Shown: positions 9,601-18,615 of the stretch, piece by piece
How positions within the stretch are numbered: position 1 is the first letter of the stretch
Layout: every line of letters starts with the position of its first letter
DNA from: a virus
Taxonomy: Duplodnaviria; Caudoviricetes
Virus record (IMG/VR): IMGVR_UViG_3300024433_000001
Coordinates: 1-58,212 of that record
Direction: 5' to 3' (one strand)
DNA length: 58,212 nucleotides
Translations under genes and position numbers: made by a program
The notes under the pieces: generated by a model
What the model saw: only the letters and a program-made list of their open reading frames with translations
The model's database searches: none
What the model was told of the DNA's origin: nothing

Positions 9601-12139
9601 TGATATATTTCCTGCCTCCGGCGATTAAACCGGGATCATCCAGCTTTACCCGAGGAATACCCTTTTTGGTGAAATACAATGTTCCACTAATAACGGCGCC
9701 GGCTCCGGTTATGTCTGGAACAACAGCCTCAACCCTATCTCCATTTTTTAGTCCCGCTTTTATTGTTTCCTTTTTCCCAAGCGTAGCACGGCCTTCAAAG
9801 TATTCTTTCCGTTCTTTGTCGCGCACCTTTGCTAGGTTAGGATAAATCTCTTTATACTCATCGCTCGATAGCCATTTGTCCCTACCGCCATATTGGGCTA
9901 TCTTCCCCTTTTCATATATGCCAAACTCTTCTTGCGTCATTTCCCAAGGCTTTTTCTCGCTTACTTGTTCCGATATTTCGGGCACGGCAATCCCCAGACC
10001 CTCAAGGGTTTCTGCCGCGACCGTACTTCCATCACGTTCGCCCCCATGAATTGTAAATAGTGCGAAAGGTTCACCGCCCCCGGGCCGTTCCTGCATACCA
10101 ACAAACTCGGCAGTAGGCTTTGCCTCTTTCTTCGCCTCAACATCAACCGTCTCGCCCTGTAACGCGACAAGCCAATGATGTAACGGATCGAGTTCGATTT
10201 CCCCCTTTTCGGTATCCATTGGAAGGTTAACGTCCGCTTCGCCAACACGTTCTTGTTGTTCCTCCGAGAATCCACCACCGACAGGTTGCTCATGGTCTGA
10301 TATGCGGACCGTGCCCACATATTCGCCTTCTGCGTCCGCAACGTCTATGTACCGCGAACTGTCGCTCCACCCCCTTTTCCCCTGAACGGCAAACCCCTGA
10401 GATTCAATCTCTTTTTCTGTTTTGGCAACAGCGTTATCGTACAACGACGTTAGCCTCTTATATTCGGCAAGTTCTTCTTCTTCCGCTTGTTGTTTAAGAC
10501 GTTCTTCTTGAACCTCTGTTTGGGAAGCCCACAAGTCTTCGTCAATAACATTTTGCCGTTGTGCGCGCGTCAGGGTAGCCCAGTCTTCTCCGCTAAACAC
10601 CGTGATATATGGATCGCCATAAGGATCTAAGGCTGTCAAAGTCGGGTCGGGCGGTTCCCCGATCCTTGCCTTTTCCTCAGCGGGACGAACGGGAGAAACT
10701 AGTTCGCTTGTTTGAGAGGCCACCTCAGCAATATCAGCAGCCTGCTCGTCTGTGATGGTATCATTAAACAAATCATTGAGCTTGTCTATCCGATCATCGG
10801 TGGACATTGAAGATATTTCGCTATCGGGAACACCGAATGCACGCAACGCCTTCTCGATATCTCGTTTGCGATTAGCGTTTCCAGCAAGATATCCAGGAAC
10901 GCTAAGGGCGTATTGTCCGCCGCGCAACACCGACATGGATAACGCCATATCTGGCACTTGTTTTGCAAAGGTGATTGCCGCATCGGGAAGGTTCTGTAAC
11001 CCGACCTTGTTATATTCGTTCTGTAGGTTGCCTAAACCGTTCACAAAGGCCTCTGCGGCTTCCTCGCCAAGGATTTCCCGACCTAACCCCTGGAATCCGA
11101 TAGCGCGATTCAACGCGCGCCACGCTTTACTAACAGCCGGAACACGCGGCACCTTACCCTTTAGTAATTTGATCTTGGCAGCTAACGCTCTGATTTGTGA
11201 TGGGACAAGTTTGCCCCCTGTTTGTCTGAGCGTTTTGGCCCCAGGGATTTTGCTTAAAAGCCGACCTGCCGGAAAACTGCCCATTTCGATATAACGTGTT
11301 ATTGCAGCGCCGCCTGCGGCCTTTACCAAACTTTCAAAAACCTCAGCCCCTTCTTTAGACAACCGCAATTGGCCTTTCTCATCAATGTTAAATTGACCAG
11401 CACGCAGTTCACCAAACCGCGTAACCGCCTCGGCGGCAGTAAACCCCAAAGGACCAAGAGCCATTGAGACCATATACGGCGTCATTTCGTGAGCGCCCAA
11501 TACTGCGGTGGCAGGAATTGTCTCATCTCGCTCAACACGTTCTTTTTGCCAAGCCTTCACTGGTGTAGCATATTGTTTGCTCAACTGATGGAGTGTTTCG
11601 CGTGCGCCAAGACGTTCGGGCTCGTTACGGGCGCCTGACACCATAAACCGACTAGCAAGTTTCCGAATGTTGATGTCGGACAAGGGATTCATATAAAGTT
11701 GATTGCCCAACCTGAAATCAGACAACTTCTCGATTTCCGCCTTACCAGTATCAAGATTGCCATATCTGGAGGCATAGGCCAAGTCTTGCCGATTCGTCCA
11801 CCAATTCAGAGGGCTGGTCTTTGCCAGAGTAGCCACAAACCCAGGTATCTCTGGGCCGCCGATTTCTTCCCCAGCACGTCTGACACGTTCGCCAATGCCA
11901 ACAGGGGGCAATACGGTTTGCGGGGCTAGTCCAGGGACGGTTTGGCCCATAGGGGTTTGTTCTGCTGTCGGCTGTTCGAGTAGCGCCGTTGGCGCTGACA
12001 CTGGTTGTCCCGTATGCTTCCCGATAAAGACATCGGGATCAAACCCGGATTCCCCGTGGGCGTCCAGGAAAGCGTCTGGATCAAAGATGGGCTGCTTTGT
12101 ATGAGACTTTATAAAAGCGTCTGGGTCAAAAGGCATCAT
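3617..12139 (-). CDS. Giant (~2840 aa) internal virion/ejection polyvalent protein with RadC-like JAB domain
   Basis: Largest gene at the end of the virion module; likely start MMPFDPDAF (ATGA overlap with upstream stop); ETFRIIYV...YLLHNHPSGDVTMSFAD near 7400-7625. Confidence 0.75.
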   Translation of the reverse strand: MMPFDPDAFIKSHTKQPIFDPDAFLDAHGESGFDPDVFIGKHTGQPVSAPTALLEQPTAEQTPMGQTVPGLAPQTVLPPVGIGERVRRAGEEIGGPEIPGFVATLAKTSPLNWWTNRQDLAYASRYGNLDTGKAEIEKLSDFRLGNQLYMNPLSDINIRKLASRFMVSGARNEPERLGARETLHQLSKQYATPVKAWQKERVERDETIPATAVLGAHEMTPYMVSMALGPLGFTAAEAVTRFGELRAGQFNIDEKGQLRLSKEGAEVFESLVKAAGGAAITRYIEMGSFPAGRLLSKIPGAKTLRQTGGKLVPSQIRALAAKIKLLKGKVPRVPAVSKAWRALNRAIGFQGLGREILGEEAAEAFVNGLGNLQNEYNKVGLQNLPDAAITFAKQVPDMALSMSVLRGGQYALSVPGYLAGNANRKRDIEKALRAFGVPDSEISSMSTDDRIDKLNDLFNDTITDEQAADIAEVASQTSELVSPVRPAEEKARIGEPPDPTLTALDPYGDPYITVFSGEDWATLTRAQRQNVIDEDLWASQTEVQEERLKQQAEEEELAEYKRLTSLYDNAVAKTEKEIESQGFAVQGKRGWSDSSRYIDVADAEGEYVGTVRISDHEQPVGGGFSEEQQERVGEADVNLPMDTEKGEIELDPLHHWLVALQGETVDVEAKKEAKPTAEFVGMQERPGGGEPFALFTIHGGERDGSTVAAETLEGLGIAVPEISEQVSEKKPWEMTQEEFGIYEKGKIAQYGGRDKWLSSDEYKEIYPNLAKVRDKERKEYFEGRATLGKKETIKAGLKNGDRVEAVVPDITGAGAVISGTLYFTKKGIPRVKLDDPGLIAGGRKYINWHKGWAAIVPISVPEGKRPAEPEKAVPEAELAPPALVPEEAMPPEAPLPEAVLKNRALGVLGRRWTSMRGKGWRVREYDGRKVTESDAFGPLTGGKISQLHEAGIDLVAPIVPTEKPKRKVRPRAEQEWDVTLRQIVTVGPRKVPEDVDRHFTVSAKTAFGAEQAVRNAGHKGIFVSAEIVSEEPTAQPKRVRKPRKLPKGKEVNEPLRLFRAEMRQSGIQPPTGLNIVDDFGGRLPPGIWQRGGVFAWDTALARARDLGLPVTDNPDPSELRPLFVGSTIMDVGAEAKVTGEGFIERVPRQPTHEINETELNIGDLLYFQGEWRRVTDAGDRGGKDLTDDDTVHVADFESLNVKEVIRADNPLYPYALEEFQRQQAEIAAAEKKKPARASVERYAEPIRPRKVQARKTAEPTEAERLEKAHARGELFDTGKADADLFDVRDFEGPAEVPEGVVSAKPTLAEKGVAPKPAPAVEAQGELFRLDISLDEAAKQAVDLYGDKERAVDALTRQRAVLEQNKESTKRVDDIIGQLRAEPKEAYEETVEPKPGEQGLVKEPKKDYQSAVKPFIIDEKEPEYVPQETLADALQAADLAAERARGVLPAKRAARRRVTPRTGGVVTLGTRITDTLARKGRIDLRGQTFADIGELAALLQVYRDPRIETFRIIYVKGDRIVAHEGMTAGLPGLTVARPSTHKPSASLRHFAAMKRRIERLGADGYYLLHNHPSGDVTMSFADALVTEQYHQYAPGLRGHIIIDHDTYNLLSYKDRDKTIEQGIAALPESARGDVYAREQGLLGKQHVTPSQTAKIFAAIETDADKVTVLYSNPRNELNAIQSVPYGIFNHYKPALDYLRGQARRFGATRVIIGVHGFPTADSDRGLALDRLFEEGHILAGFDLDNMTSILSPKANQQDERFFGAEVKGRVVRESQPPEYGPKQLPVKALSPEVERRRKAAHGVTTLTMTERIRETLRVLGHRATRAYQHLPNTDEFAVVNEVLRLFRGRIDELLLKTQEEIADVLSSLKTPEEKDTFEWYLIMLNMHESVRKFGEPLRSGYESIEELEENLITFRNAVARSPAIQQALNKRKRLLDVLGEMLKEYGILKGIDRKQYYHQQVLTKLKLRRGLGGRKLRRMKRGFQKKRVKGESLPEEYDYNTDYIQAESEWMVEAMVEVEKEKALRMIGDRYDRLDELKAGAKAMNFEALVGGPKVVAKIRQLRGAIRGLQETAREEGRGLNRDEKARAVELSDELWELDPTMPYRQRLAMFINMIQREYDKGAIELGEFDDLVVEEDDLSLDTGSDQWFSFVNYLIMRYGDQKAGIAAKGIFKALNDKRKMVQDRLGDKYLGWDDLIPNGYEPWQSVSGNMFFPVYTIPAAAVENLERSGIFPGLSRDQIKTVIAMGGPHKAMVLPTEIVHQLNAMGKPTANEVERGISRNLMGHWKQWTLMNPKRGLGYNARNFTGDLDPLIAAAPGALRSRYVVPTVDQLWAFYRNPENITEELELSRDLCVISSSMTRAEIPDIKNLALFKRFYTSQTNAMTIVSDYFDFVKKWTMFRENLLRHAAFLYYRDQFKQGNLIHYGGANPRVVEALRRDLGDDIAAAHMARNLLGDYRNLTELGDVIRQHWYPFWSWQEINMGRTYRLIGNSYVYGKAKEKTGAVAGAVGKTVATTAFRTLAMSRILWLYGAMWFWNHLMFPDEEDELSSWERATPHIIFGRNPDGSIRLLRSAGALGDVLEVFGINEIIEHYPKYANNQITLGELAKQAALAPVKKVVFGIRPDVKTVMEVVTGMRLFPEPTRPKAISRIEAAAGFLGLAEEARAVRGLAKQTGETVKADYFARNFIGVSQPRLNAYYATLELKTAYRKTVLGKETKGIFPPSKIRNMKWAAINDNYKAFLAAKKKYVGEENTVENFKRSLLYIDPLYGLSDTDRKRFMRDFLTPTQREMVEESQKWARELHTKLETWWGRDKVKGEGVAQRRQTLRGRQFTRPGRSTTR

Positions 12140-13713
12140 CGGCCTCCAACGATCGCAAGAATTTGTGTTGCACGCGGATCTTGAGGATTCGCCTGCGCCC
12201 ATTCTAAAGCTGCCTGATATTCGGCTAGTGCCGTTGTTGGCACTGGCGCACCTGCAGTTGGTGGCGGAGCCCAACCCCTTTGTGGGGTTTCCGTTACTGG
12301 CGTAGGCTGACTTAATGGTGCTAGATTAGATGTGTCTACGGGCACAACAGATTCGCGTGCAGTTCTTTGGCGATTAGCCCGAAACTGCGGCAACCTGGAT
12401 GTGTTTACGGGCACGACAGATTCAGGTGCAGTTTTTTGGCGATTAGCCCGAAACTCTTGGAATCCAGAAACTATCGCTCTGGTCAAAGGCGGAAGCGCAT
12501 TATGCACCAGTTCAGACCAAGTCCGGGTTTGGGCAGTCGGCGGTGGCAGATTAGTGTCTTCAAACTCACTGGTCTGCGCCAAATCCATAGCGGCTTGAGC
12601 AATCGTTTCCAAAGTGACCCCGTCGGGTAACCCCTGTAATCCATAGAAAGTAAGCGCACTCATGAGCGCATAACCAGCTTCCGTTTCGCGGCCCATTGCA
12701 TCAAAAAATGCAGATGACGGAAGGCCCGTGTATGGAATGAAAATATCCACAAGTTCCCCAAGTTTCCCCGCAGAACCATATTGCTGTAAAGCAGATGGCT
12801 TCACTTGTTCTTCGGACGGGGCTTCTACAAGTTCTGTGTATGCGGGGGTCTCGCCCTTGAACGTAACGGCGCCAAGACCCGTCCCAGGGGTTCCTACAAC
12901 TCGTGGACGCTCGAGGGGTGGGGGAACCAATGTCGTTACCCTTGGGGCCGAAGGTTGAGCTGTAGTCGCCGATGAACCTGGCCTTGGCACGATTGCTTGT
13001 TGGCGCTGAGGCGGCGCAATCTCATAAATACCCGTACTTGGCGTTCCTACAATACGGGGTTGCATAAGTTGTCGTTGGCGATATTGTTGAAGGGCGTCAG
13101 CTTCCTGGCCCCGTAGGCCAAGCAATTGCTGGCGGTATTGTTGATCGCCACGAAGCTCTTGGCCCCGTAGACCAAGCGATTGCTGGCGGTATTGTTGATC
13201 GCCACGAAGCTCCTGGCCCCGCAGACCAAGCTCCTGGCCCCGCAGACCAAGCGATTGCTGGCGGTATTGTTGAAGGGCGGCGGCCTGCTGGCCTTGTAGA
13301 TCAAGTGCCCCTTCAGCGCGCGTTTCCTGTCTACCAAACCGCTGTTCTGCAAGCGCATCTTGGGCCCATTGTCGAATCTGTTCATTTTGCCTTAGTTGTG
13401 CGTTAATCGCATCTTGTTGTATTTGTTGACGCAACTGATAACCCAACACAGTCTGTGCGCGTGCACCCGCCAAACCCCTATCGCGTATCGTTTGGTAATA
13501 TGGCATAAAGTTTCCCTGCCACGCAGGTGCCATACGAGTCAACGCGCCAGCCGTACTAGCGGCAGCACCATATCTTTGGCGGGTGCTCAGACCACGTTGC
13601 CTTTGCCAGTATAATGGCCGGCTTGGCAACGAAGAAAGCGATGTTATGCTACGGCTCGGCCCATATTTGGCCTGGGCGCGGCCCCTTCGTTGTGTTGATA
13701 AACCTAAAGGCAT
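12136..13713 (-). CDS. Gln/Pro-rich internal virion (ejection) protein with tandem repeats
   Basis: Lies between tail nozzle and giant protein; QQYRQQxLGLRGQE repeats. Confidence 0.6.
   Translation of the reverse strand: MPLGLSTQRRGRAQAKYGPSRSITSLSSLPSRPLYWQRQRGLSTRQRYGAAASTAGALTRMAPAWQGNFMPYYQTIRDRGLAGARAQTVLGYQLRQQIQQDAINAQLRQNEQIRQWAQDALAEQRFGRQETRAEGALDLQGQQAAALQQYRQQSLGLRGQELGLRGQELRGDQQYRQQSLGLRGQELRGDQQYRQQLLGLRGQEADALQQYRQRQLMQPRIVGTPSTGIYEIAPPQRQQAIVPRPGSSATTAQPSAPRVTTLVPPPLERPRVVGTPGTGLGAVTFKGETPAYTELVEAPSEEQVKPSALQQYGSAGKLGELVDIFIPYTGLPSSAFFDAMGRETEAGYALMSALTFYGLQGLPDGVTLETIAQAAMDLAQTSEFEDTNLPPPTAQTRTWSELVHNALPPLTRAIVSGFQEFRANRQKTAPESVVPVNTSRLPQFRANRQRTARESVVPVDTSNLAPLSQPTPVTETPQRGWAPPPTAGAPVPTTALAEYQAALEWAQANPQDPRATQILAIVGGR
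13073..13282. repeat. Intragenic tandem repeats encoding QQYRQQSLGLRGQELRGD units
   Basis: Repeated ttgctggcggtattgttg and ctggccccg(c/t)agaccaagc units. Confidence 0.85.
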
Positions 13714-13734
13714 GTTTTGTTATCTCCTTTATTG

Positions 13735-14187
13735 TTAATCAGGAACGCCGCTCCTGTTTGTAAACTTCGACATGGGCTGCCAAACAGAGTCGCCCTTGGC
13801 CGCAGTCCATAGTTGGTTATCGCCAGTCCCATTAGTCATAAAACTTGAACTGGCCCAGAACACTATCTTGAAAAACTCAGGAATAGCAGGTAATTTTGCT
13901 ACTGTGTCTATCCTAAAGGCTGCATGTAACCACCAGAAAATCTCGTTTATCCGCTCGGAATTAACTGCGATGTTTCGAGTATTCTGGTTAACCTCGGTCG
14001 CCACATTAGTTTCGGCGGAAACGGCCGGCTCTGCTACTATCCCCGCAGTCGGAGTTTGCGCCAGCGTTTCAACGTTATCCTGTAATTCCTGGATAAGTTG
14101 GCGGGCAACCACATCTGTTACGTCGGTTGGCGCTGTCATGCCGAAGTCTGTCGCCGACTGTCTTCTTTTCCGTTTAATATCAACCAT
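13735..14187 (-). CDS. Hypothetical virion protein
   Basis: ORF overlapping the upstream stop within the virion operon. Confidence 0.6.
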   Translation of the reverse strand: MVDIKRKRRQSATDFGMTAPTDVTDVVARQLIQELQDNVETLAQTPTAGIVAEPAVSAETNVATEVNQNTRNIAVNSERINEIFWWLHAAFRIDTVAKLPAIPEFFKIVFWASSSFMTNGTGDNQLWTAAKGDSVWQPMSKFTNRSGVPD

Positions 14188-17100
14188 AATCCAACCTCGA
14201 CATAGAAGTTGCCAAGGCCATCTCGTGAATTAGAATTACTGGATCGTCGCTGTTTGGAACAAGGTCAATAATCCACTCTCGCTCAGGTCGTTTTTGGGGC
14301 AGCCTGAAAGCGTCCCCGCTGGCAACTGTTTTTGTAATCTGCAACTGGCCCCCAGCATACAATTTGAGCGTCAGTCCGTAACCATCCGCAAGCACACGGC
14401 CACAAGTGAAACATATGGGCCGAGTTGCGACAACCCGTTTATCCAGCCACGTGAACGGATCTTGTTCATATCGCACCCTCACAAGGCCGCTATTCACCGT
14501 ATATTGCTGACAGCCGATAAACAATAACTCAGAAATCTTACCACAATGTTTGATGTCCAACTGCCAATCTCGCGCATTAGGCAAAGTCACCCCGTCCTCC
14601 AGCTTGTCTTTAAACTTGAACTCTTGACTATCAAGAATTATGATAGGCCCATAATCCGTTCCGTTCGCAGATAGGGTAAGCTGAAGCCCAGTGTAATCCG
14701 ACGCCACTACCCGGCCTACCGAAAAGCTCCCTATATCAGCGAACCGCAATGTCTTGTTCCGCCACGCCAATTGACTGCTGCCATCACGCAACACAAGACC
14801 ATAATTGGGTATGGGGACATATTCTTCGGCGAATATACGGACCTCTTTAACGGTATAATCTACAAGATTTGTGCCTATCGGAACACCGTCATTATAATCT
14901 AAAAACCTGAATTCGACTGCACCACATACCGAACCAATGTTAAGCGCAACCTCGTCCGCGCTATCAATCTGTTTCGTCTGGGAACAGTTAGTATTTCCGT
15001 TAATAAATATCTGCATCCAAAGCGGATATTCTGTGGCTTCGACAGTAGCGCTTCTCAACTTGACCATATCAGGAAATTCGTATTGTGTGTAAAGCCACGG
15101 GGGTATAGCGGCATCGCCACTTGCCCGAACTATGCTGGTCACGGCAACTGACCTTGATGGTATAAGAAACAAATGATCAATTTCGGCGCCACATTGAACG
15201 TCCACCACCCACGCAACCGCTTTAGGTAAAGCGCCTCGTGGAAATTGAAATGGCCGGCCATCAGAAATGGCGTAGGAAAGGTTTGCCTTCTCCCCGTCAG
15301 CATAAAAATCGATTGTGGTGGTGGTGTCGTCGTCGCCGTACCCTTTGGCCCCGAGCACAGCACAAACAAATGTGTTTGGCTTCGGGAAGGCGAAATGAAG
15401 GTTGCGCCAGTTTATTCGGTTACTGAGCGCAATGCCATTTTCGCCGATTACTTGCACCTGTCGTCCAAAAATATGTACGTTAGTGACTTTGGCGTCGTTG
15501 CCGGAAAACTCAAACTCTATTGAGTTGCACGTAGGCGGAACCTTTAACTCAAGGGGGTATTCAACCCCAGACTCTAGAACAATCTCGGCAGTGCCATACT
15601 TGTCTGTGGCCCCATCAAGATAAAGGTTTATAGTCACGGCTCCGCCACCTTCCGTGTTCACCATAAGGCTTGTCAACTCTGTTGGTTCATTGAACTCATA
15701 TCGGGAATACAACCAGGACGGAATTGTCCCAGGGTTGGCAACGTGAATGTCCTTGCCCTGGATCGGTACAGGTTGGCGTGGTAAAAGAATAACACTGTCA
15801 ATTTCTACGCTACTTTCAACATCAACTTCCCATATCGCCGACTCAGGCGCACCTCTGCCGAGTGTGAATAGGTTGCCATCATAAATCTTCAGACCATAGT
15901 CGGTTGTATCGCCATTACCGTACAAATGAAGTTTGATGGGACCATCTTCGGAAGCATCTTCGGGATAACTTGTTGCGCCCACGCTGCCACAAACAAATCG
16001 TCCTTGGTCAGGGAACTTGAATAAACGCCTGCGCCAAGCCGGAGAATTGGTGAGTGTGATACCTTCGCCGCCAATTATCTCGGGTTGGCTGGCAAAGACA
16101 AGAACTTCTGTTACGGCATCATCATTACCCGCAAAATCAAACTCGATTGAACTATGACGGCCATAATCAAGTCGGAGTTCGATGCCGCTAACGATATTAG
16201 TTAATGTTTGGCTTGGCTCAGTGCTTCCATCAAAATAAAGGTTGATCTTTACCACCTTTGAGGCATGAACAATCAGGGAAGTGGGCTCAGCCTGGTCGGC
16301 AAACTCATATCGTTTGACCAACCAGGGTGGAAAGGGACCTGCGTTGATCTCATGAATGTTGCCTGAAACTAACTGCGTTTGCCGAGTAAACAACAAAAGC
16401 TCGTTAACATGTTTTGTCGTATCAACATTGACACGCCAAAATGTTCCGTCAGCCAATGTCCGGGGAAGCGTAAAAAGGGCGCCACTACTTGCATCTTTCT
16501 TGCAACTTACTATCTGCCCCTCGTCAATCGGATCGTCTTTGCCATCGGCATAAAATTTGATTGAGACAGTACCACTGCCCTGAGCTGCTATAGTGCCTGC
16601 AACAAACCTGTCTTTATGGGGAAACTTGAGCCAAATACAACGCCAGAGCAACGTGTTGGCTTCCGTAAGATGCGTGGTAAAGTCAGTAACAGTATGTAAA
16701 ACCCTGTCAAACAACTCTACCCGGCGAATTGTGGTTTCGGCATTCTTGATCTCAAACTGCCACTCGTGCGCATGGGTCAAATCGGACAACCGCACGAAAT
16801 CGTCAGATCCAATTGCGAACTCGGTAAAGTCACCACGGTCGCCTGCTATTCTGAAGGTTATTGCAGGCTCATAACTATCAGCTATAACCCGAACATAATC
16901 GAAAATAGTCTCTTGGTCGAACCAAAATCGTTTTGACCGCCACGTCAGGTTTCCGCCGCTTTTCGCTGAATATGACGTTACCGCATTTAACGTTTCATCC
17001 AGATCAAACCGGAGACCCAAAGTAGTTTCATCGGCATATTGACTTTCAATGAAAATGCTGTTATCCGCAGTCACAGCCTCCATCTTGTCGGGCGACAACG

Positions 17101-18544
17101 TAAGCCACTGTTCCCGGTTGAAGTGTCCATTTGTTACAATCTGCAGCTGGCTGCCCGTTGCGGCGGCAAGGCCATCGTAGGTAGCCCAAAACACTGTCTG
17201 GTTAATTCGGCACAGGGATTTGATGGTCAGCAAACATGCCGTCTCGCTCAATAGATATTTGGTCATGGTCGCTGGGTTCGAGCCTGCAACCCCGAACACT
17301 TTACCTGTTTCGCCTGACCCAACAAACACCAAAATCGTGTTGCCGCTCATAGCTATCGCCTGGACGGTTTGTTGGAAAGGAACCGTGTTTATATCGGGCC
17401 AACTATGAAAACGGTAAAAGTCTGAGAAATGCACCGTCTTTTCGTGAAAGGCTACAGCAAACCCCGCCGGATGAATCAGGCTACCTTTTAGAAATGTCTG
17501 TTTATTCGTATCGTCTGGTCCGGCCCCGGGGTAGTTTCCAAATGGTGGAATAATCTCATTTTGTGTAATAGGCATTGTTTGGGTGAATTGCCAGTGGTCG
17601 GCGTTAACATCGCCAACCAAAAGAAAGTCATCACCACCTGTTTGGGAGCAGTACAACCTGTTTTCGCTGTAGCCCGAACGGGGCGTGTTCAACGCTAAAA
17701 CCTGTCCTGGTTTAATCATAATTCGTGAAGATAACTCGCTTGGGGGGCCTTCTGCGCCAAAGGTTGTTATCAAACTTTGCACGAAATAATAGTGTTTCCG
17801 GCGCGTATCGGCATAGTTCAGGTTGACCTTGAATATCACCCAGGCCGGTTGCGGCCTATAATACATCTGTGGATAATCCCGAACGAAAAAGTCTTGGTCG
17901 TTTCGAGGACCGTAAACGTCGGTTATTTGCCAATGAGCATAAATGTTCCCATTGGCGTCAACAAGAGGTACTTGTTGCGACGGGATTTCGGGATCGGCAT
18001 ATGTTGTCGCCGCAGGAAGGGTTAAGGCAGCATTTGGGCCGCCGTTTGCGGGATCTGCGGAAAAACAGAATTGATATCGCGGCCCTCGCACATAATATGG
18101 GCTGTCGCTCTTTACAAACAGCTGCCGTATTCCCTGATCTATCCATCCCTCAAGGTAAAACCCTTCCTCTGTATACATGGCGACATTCAACGCAAGTTCG
18201 TCTGCTCGAATTAGAGAGACCATCCATGTTCCATCAGAGGCAATAGACGAAACCCAGTCGCGGGCCCAGACCCTTAACCAAGTTTGGGGGTTACAAATAT
18301 AGTTTAGACCCATCTTGGTTGGCGCGTCCGGCTTCTTAATATAACCCACATCGCCCGCGGGCACGCCAGCCAACAAACCGCCGTTACTATCCCGCATGGA
18401 TGCAAACGGCCCCTTTATGTTCAATGGTGTAAGCGCGCCACTGGTAACATCGACATTATGCGCAGTCCACGCCGCACCTTCCGGCAACTGTTCCGCGTTC
18501 AACCGTGGGATCATACCCGTGAACTTGTCAATTCGTATTGGCAT
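14180..18544 (-). CDS. Tail nozzle / tubular protein B-like stabilisation protein with nine repeated C-terminal ~100-aa domains
   Basis: N-terminal IDKFTGMIPRL...AHNVDVTSGALTP; EGPPSELS; HFSDFYRFHSWP; repeated W-x4/5-F modules. Confidence 0.7.
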   Translation of the reverse strand: MPIRIDKFTGMIPRLNAEQLPEGAAWTAHNVDVTSGALTPLNIKGPFASMRDSNGGLLAGVPAGDVGYIKKPDAPTKMGLNYICNPQTWLRVWARDWVSSIASDGTWMVSLIRADELALNVAMYTEEGFYLEGWIDQGIRQLFVKSDSPYYVRGPRYQFCFSADPANGGPNAALTLPAATTYADPEIPSQQVPLVDANGNIYAHWQITDVYGPRNDQDFFVRDYPQMYYRPQPAWVIFKVNLNYADTRRKHYYFVQSLITTFGAEGPPSELSSRIMIKPGQVLALNTPRSGYSENRLYCSQTGGDDFLLVGDVNADHWQFTQTMPITQNEIIPPFGNYPGAGPDDTNKQTFLKGSLIHPAGFAVAFHEKTVHFSDFYRFHSWPDINTVPFQQTVQAIAMSGNTILVFVGSGETGKVFGVAGSNPATMTKYLLSETACLLTIKSLCRINQTVFWATYDGLAAATGSQLQIVTNGHFNREQWLTLSPDKMEAVTADNSIFIESQYADETTLGLRFDLDETLNAVTSYSAKSGGNLTWRSKRFWFDQETIFDYVRVIADSYEPAITFRIAGDRGDFTEFAIGSDDFVRLSDLTHAHEWQFEIKNAETTIRRVELFDRVLHTVTDFTTHLTEANTLLWRCIWLKFPHKDRFVAGTIAAQGSGTVSIKFYADGKDDPIDEGQIVSCKKDASSGALFTLPRTLADGTFWRVNVDTTKHVNELLLFTRQTQLVSGNIHEINAGPFPPWLVKRYEFADQAEPTSLIVHASKVVKINLYFDGSTEPSQTLTNIVSGIELRLDYGRHSSIEFDFAGNDDAVTEVLVFASQPEIIGGEGITLTNSPAWRRRLFKFPDQGRFVCGSVGATSYPEDASEDGPIKLHLYGNGDTTDYGLKIYDGNLFTLGRGAPESAIWEVDVESSVEIDSVILLPRQPVPIQGKDIHVANPGTIPSWLYSRYEFNEPTELTSLMVNTEGGGAVTINLYLDGATDKYGTAEIVLESGVEYPLELKVPPTCNSIEFEFSGNDAKVTNVHIFGRQVQVIGENGIALSNRINWRNLHFAFPKPNTFVCAVLGAKGYGDDDTTTTIDFYADGEKANLSYAISDGRPFQFPRGALPKAVAWVVDVQCGAEIDHLFLIPSRSVAVTSIVRASGDAAIPPWLYTQYEFPDMVKLRSATVEATEYPLWMQIFINGNTNCSQTKQIDSADEVALNIGSVCGAVEFRFLDYNDGVPIGTNLVDYTVKEVRIFAEEYVPIPNYGLVLRDGSSQLAWRNKTLRFADIGSFSVGRVVASDYTGLQLTLSANGTDYGPIIILDSQEFKFKDKLEDGVTLPNARDWQLDIKHCGKISELLFIGCQQYTVNSGLVRVRYEQDPFTWLDKRVVATRPICFTCGRVLADGYGLTLKLYAGGQLQITKTVASGDAFRLPQKRPEREWIIDLVPNSDDPVILIHEMALATSMSRLDYG

Positions 18545-18615
18545 ACTTTACCTTCAAGTCAATATGTTTCAACTGACGATATATCCGCAACATCCACATT
18601 GGCCTTAGTCTATTC

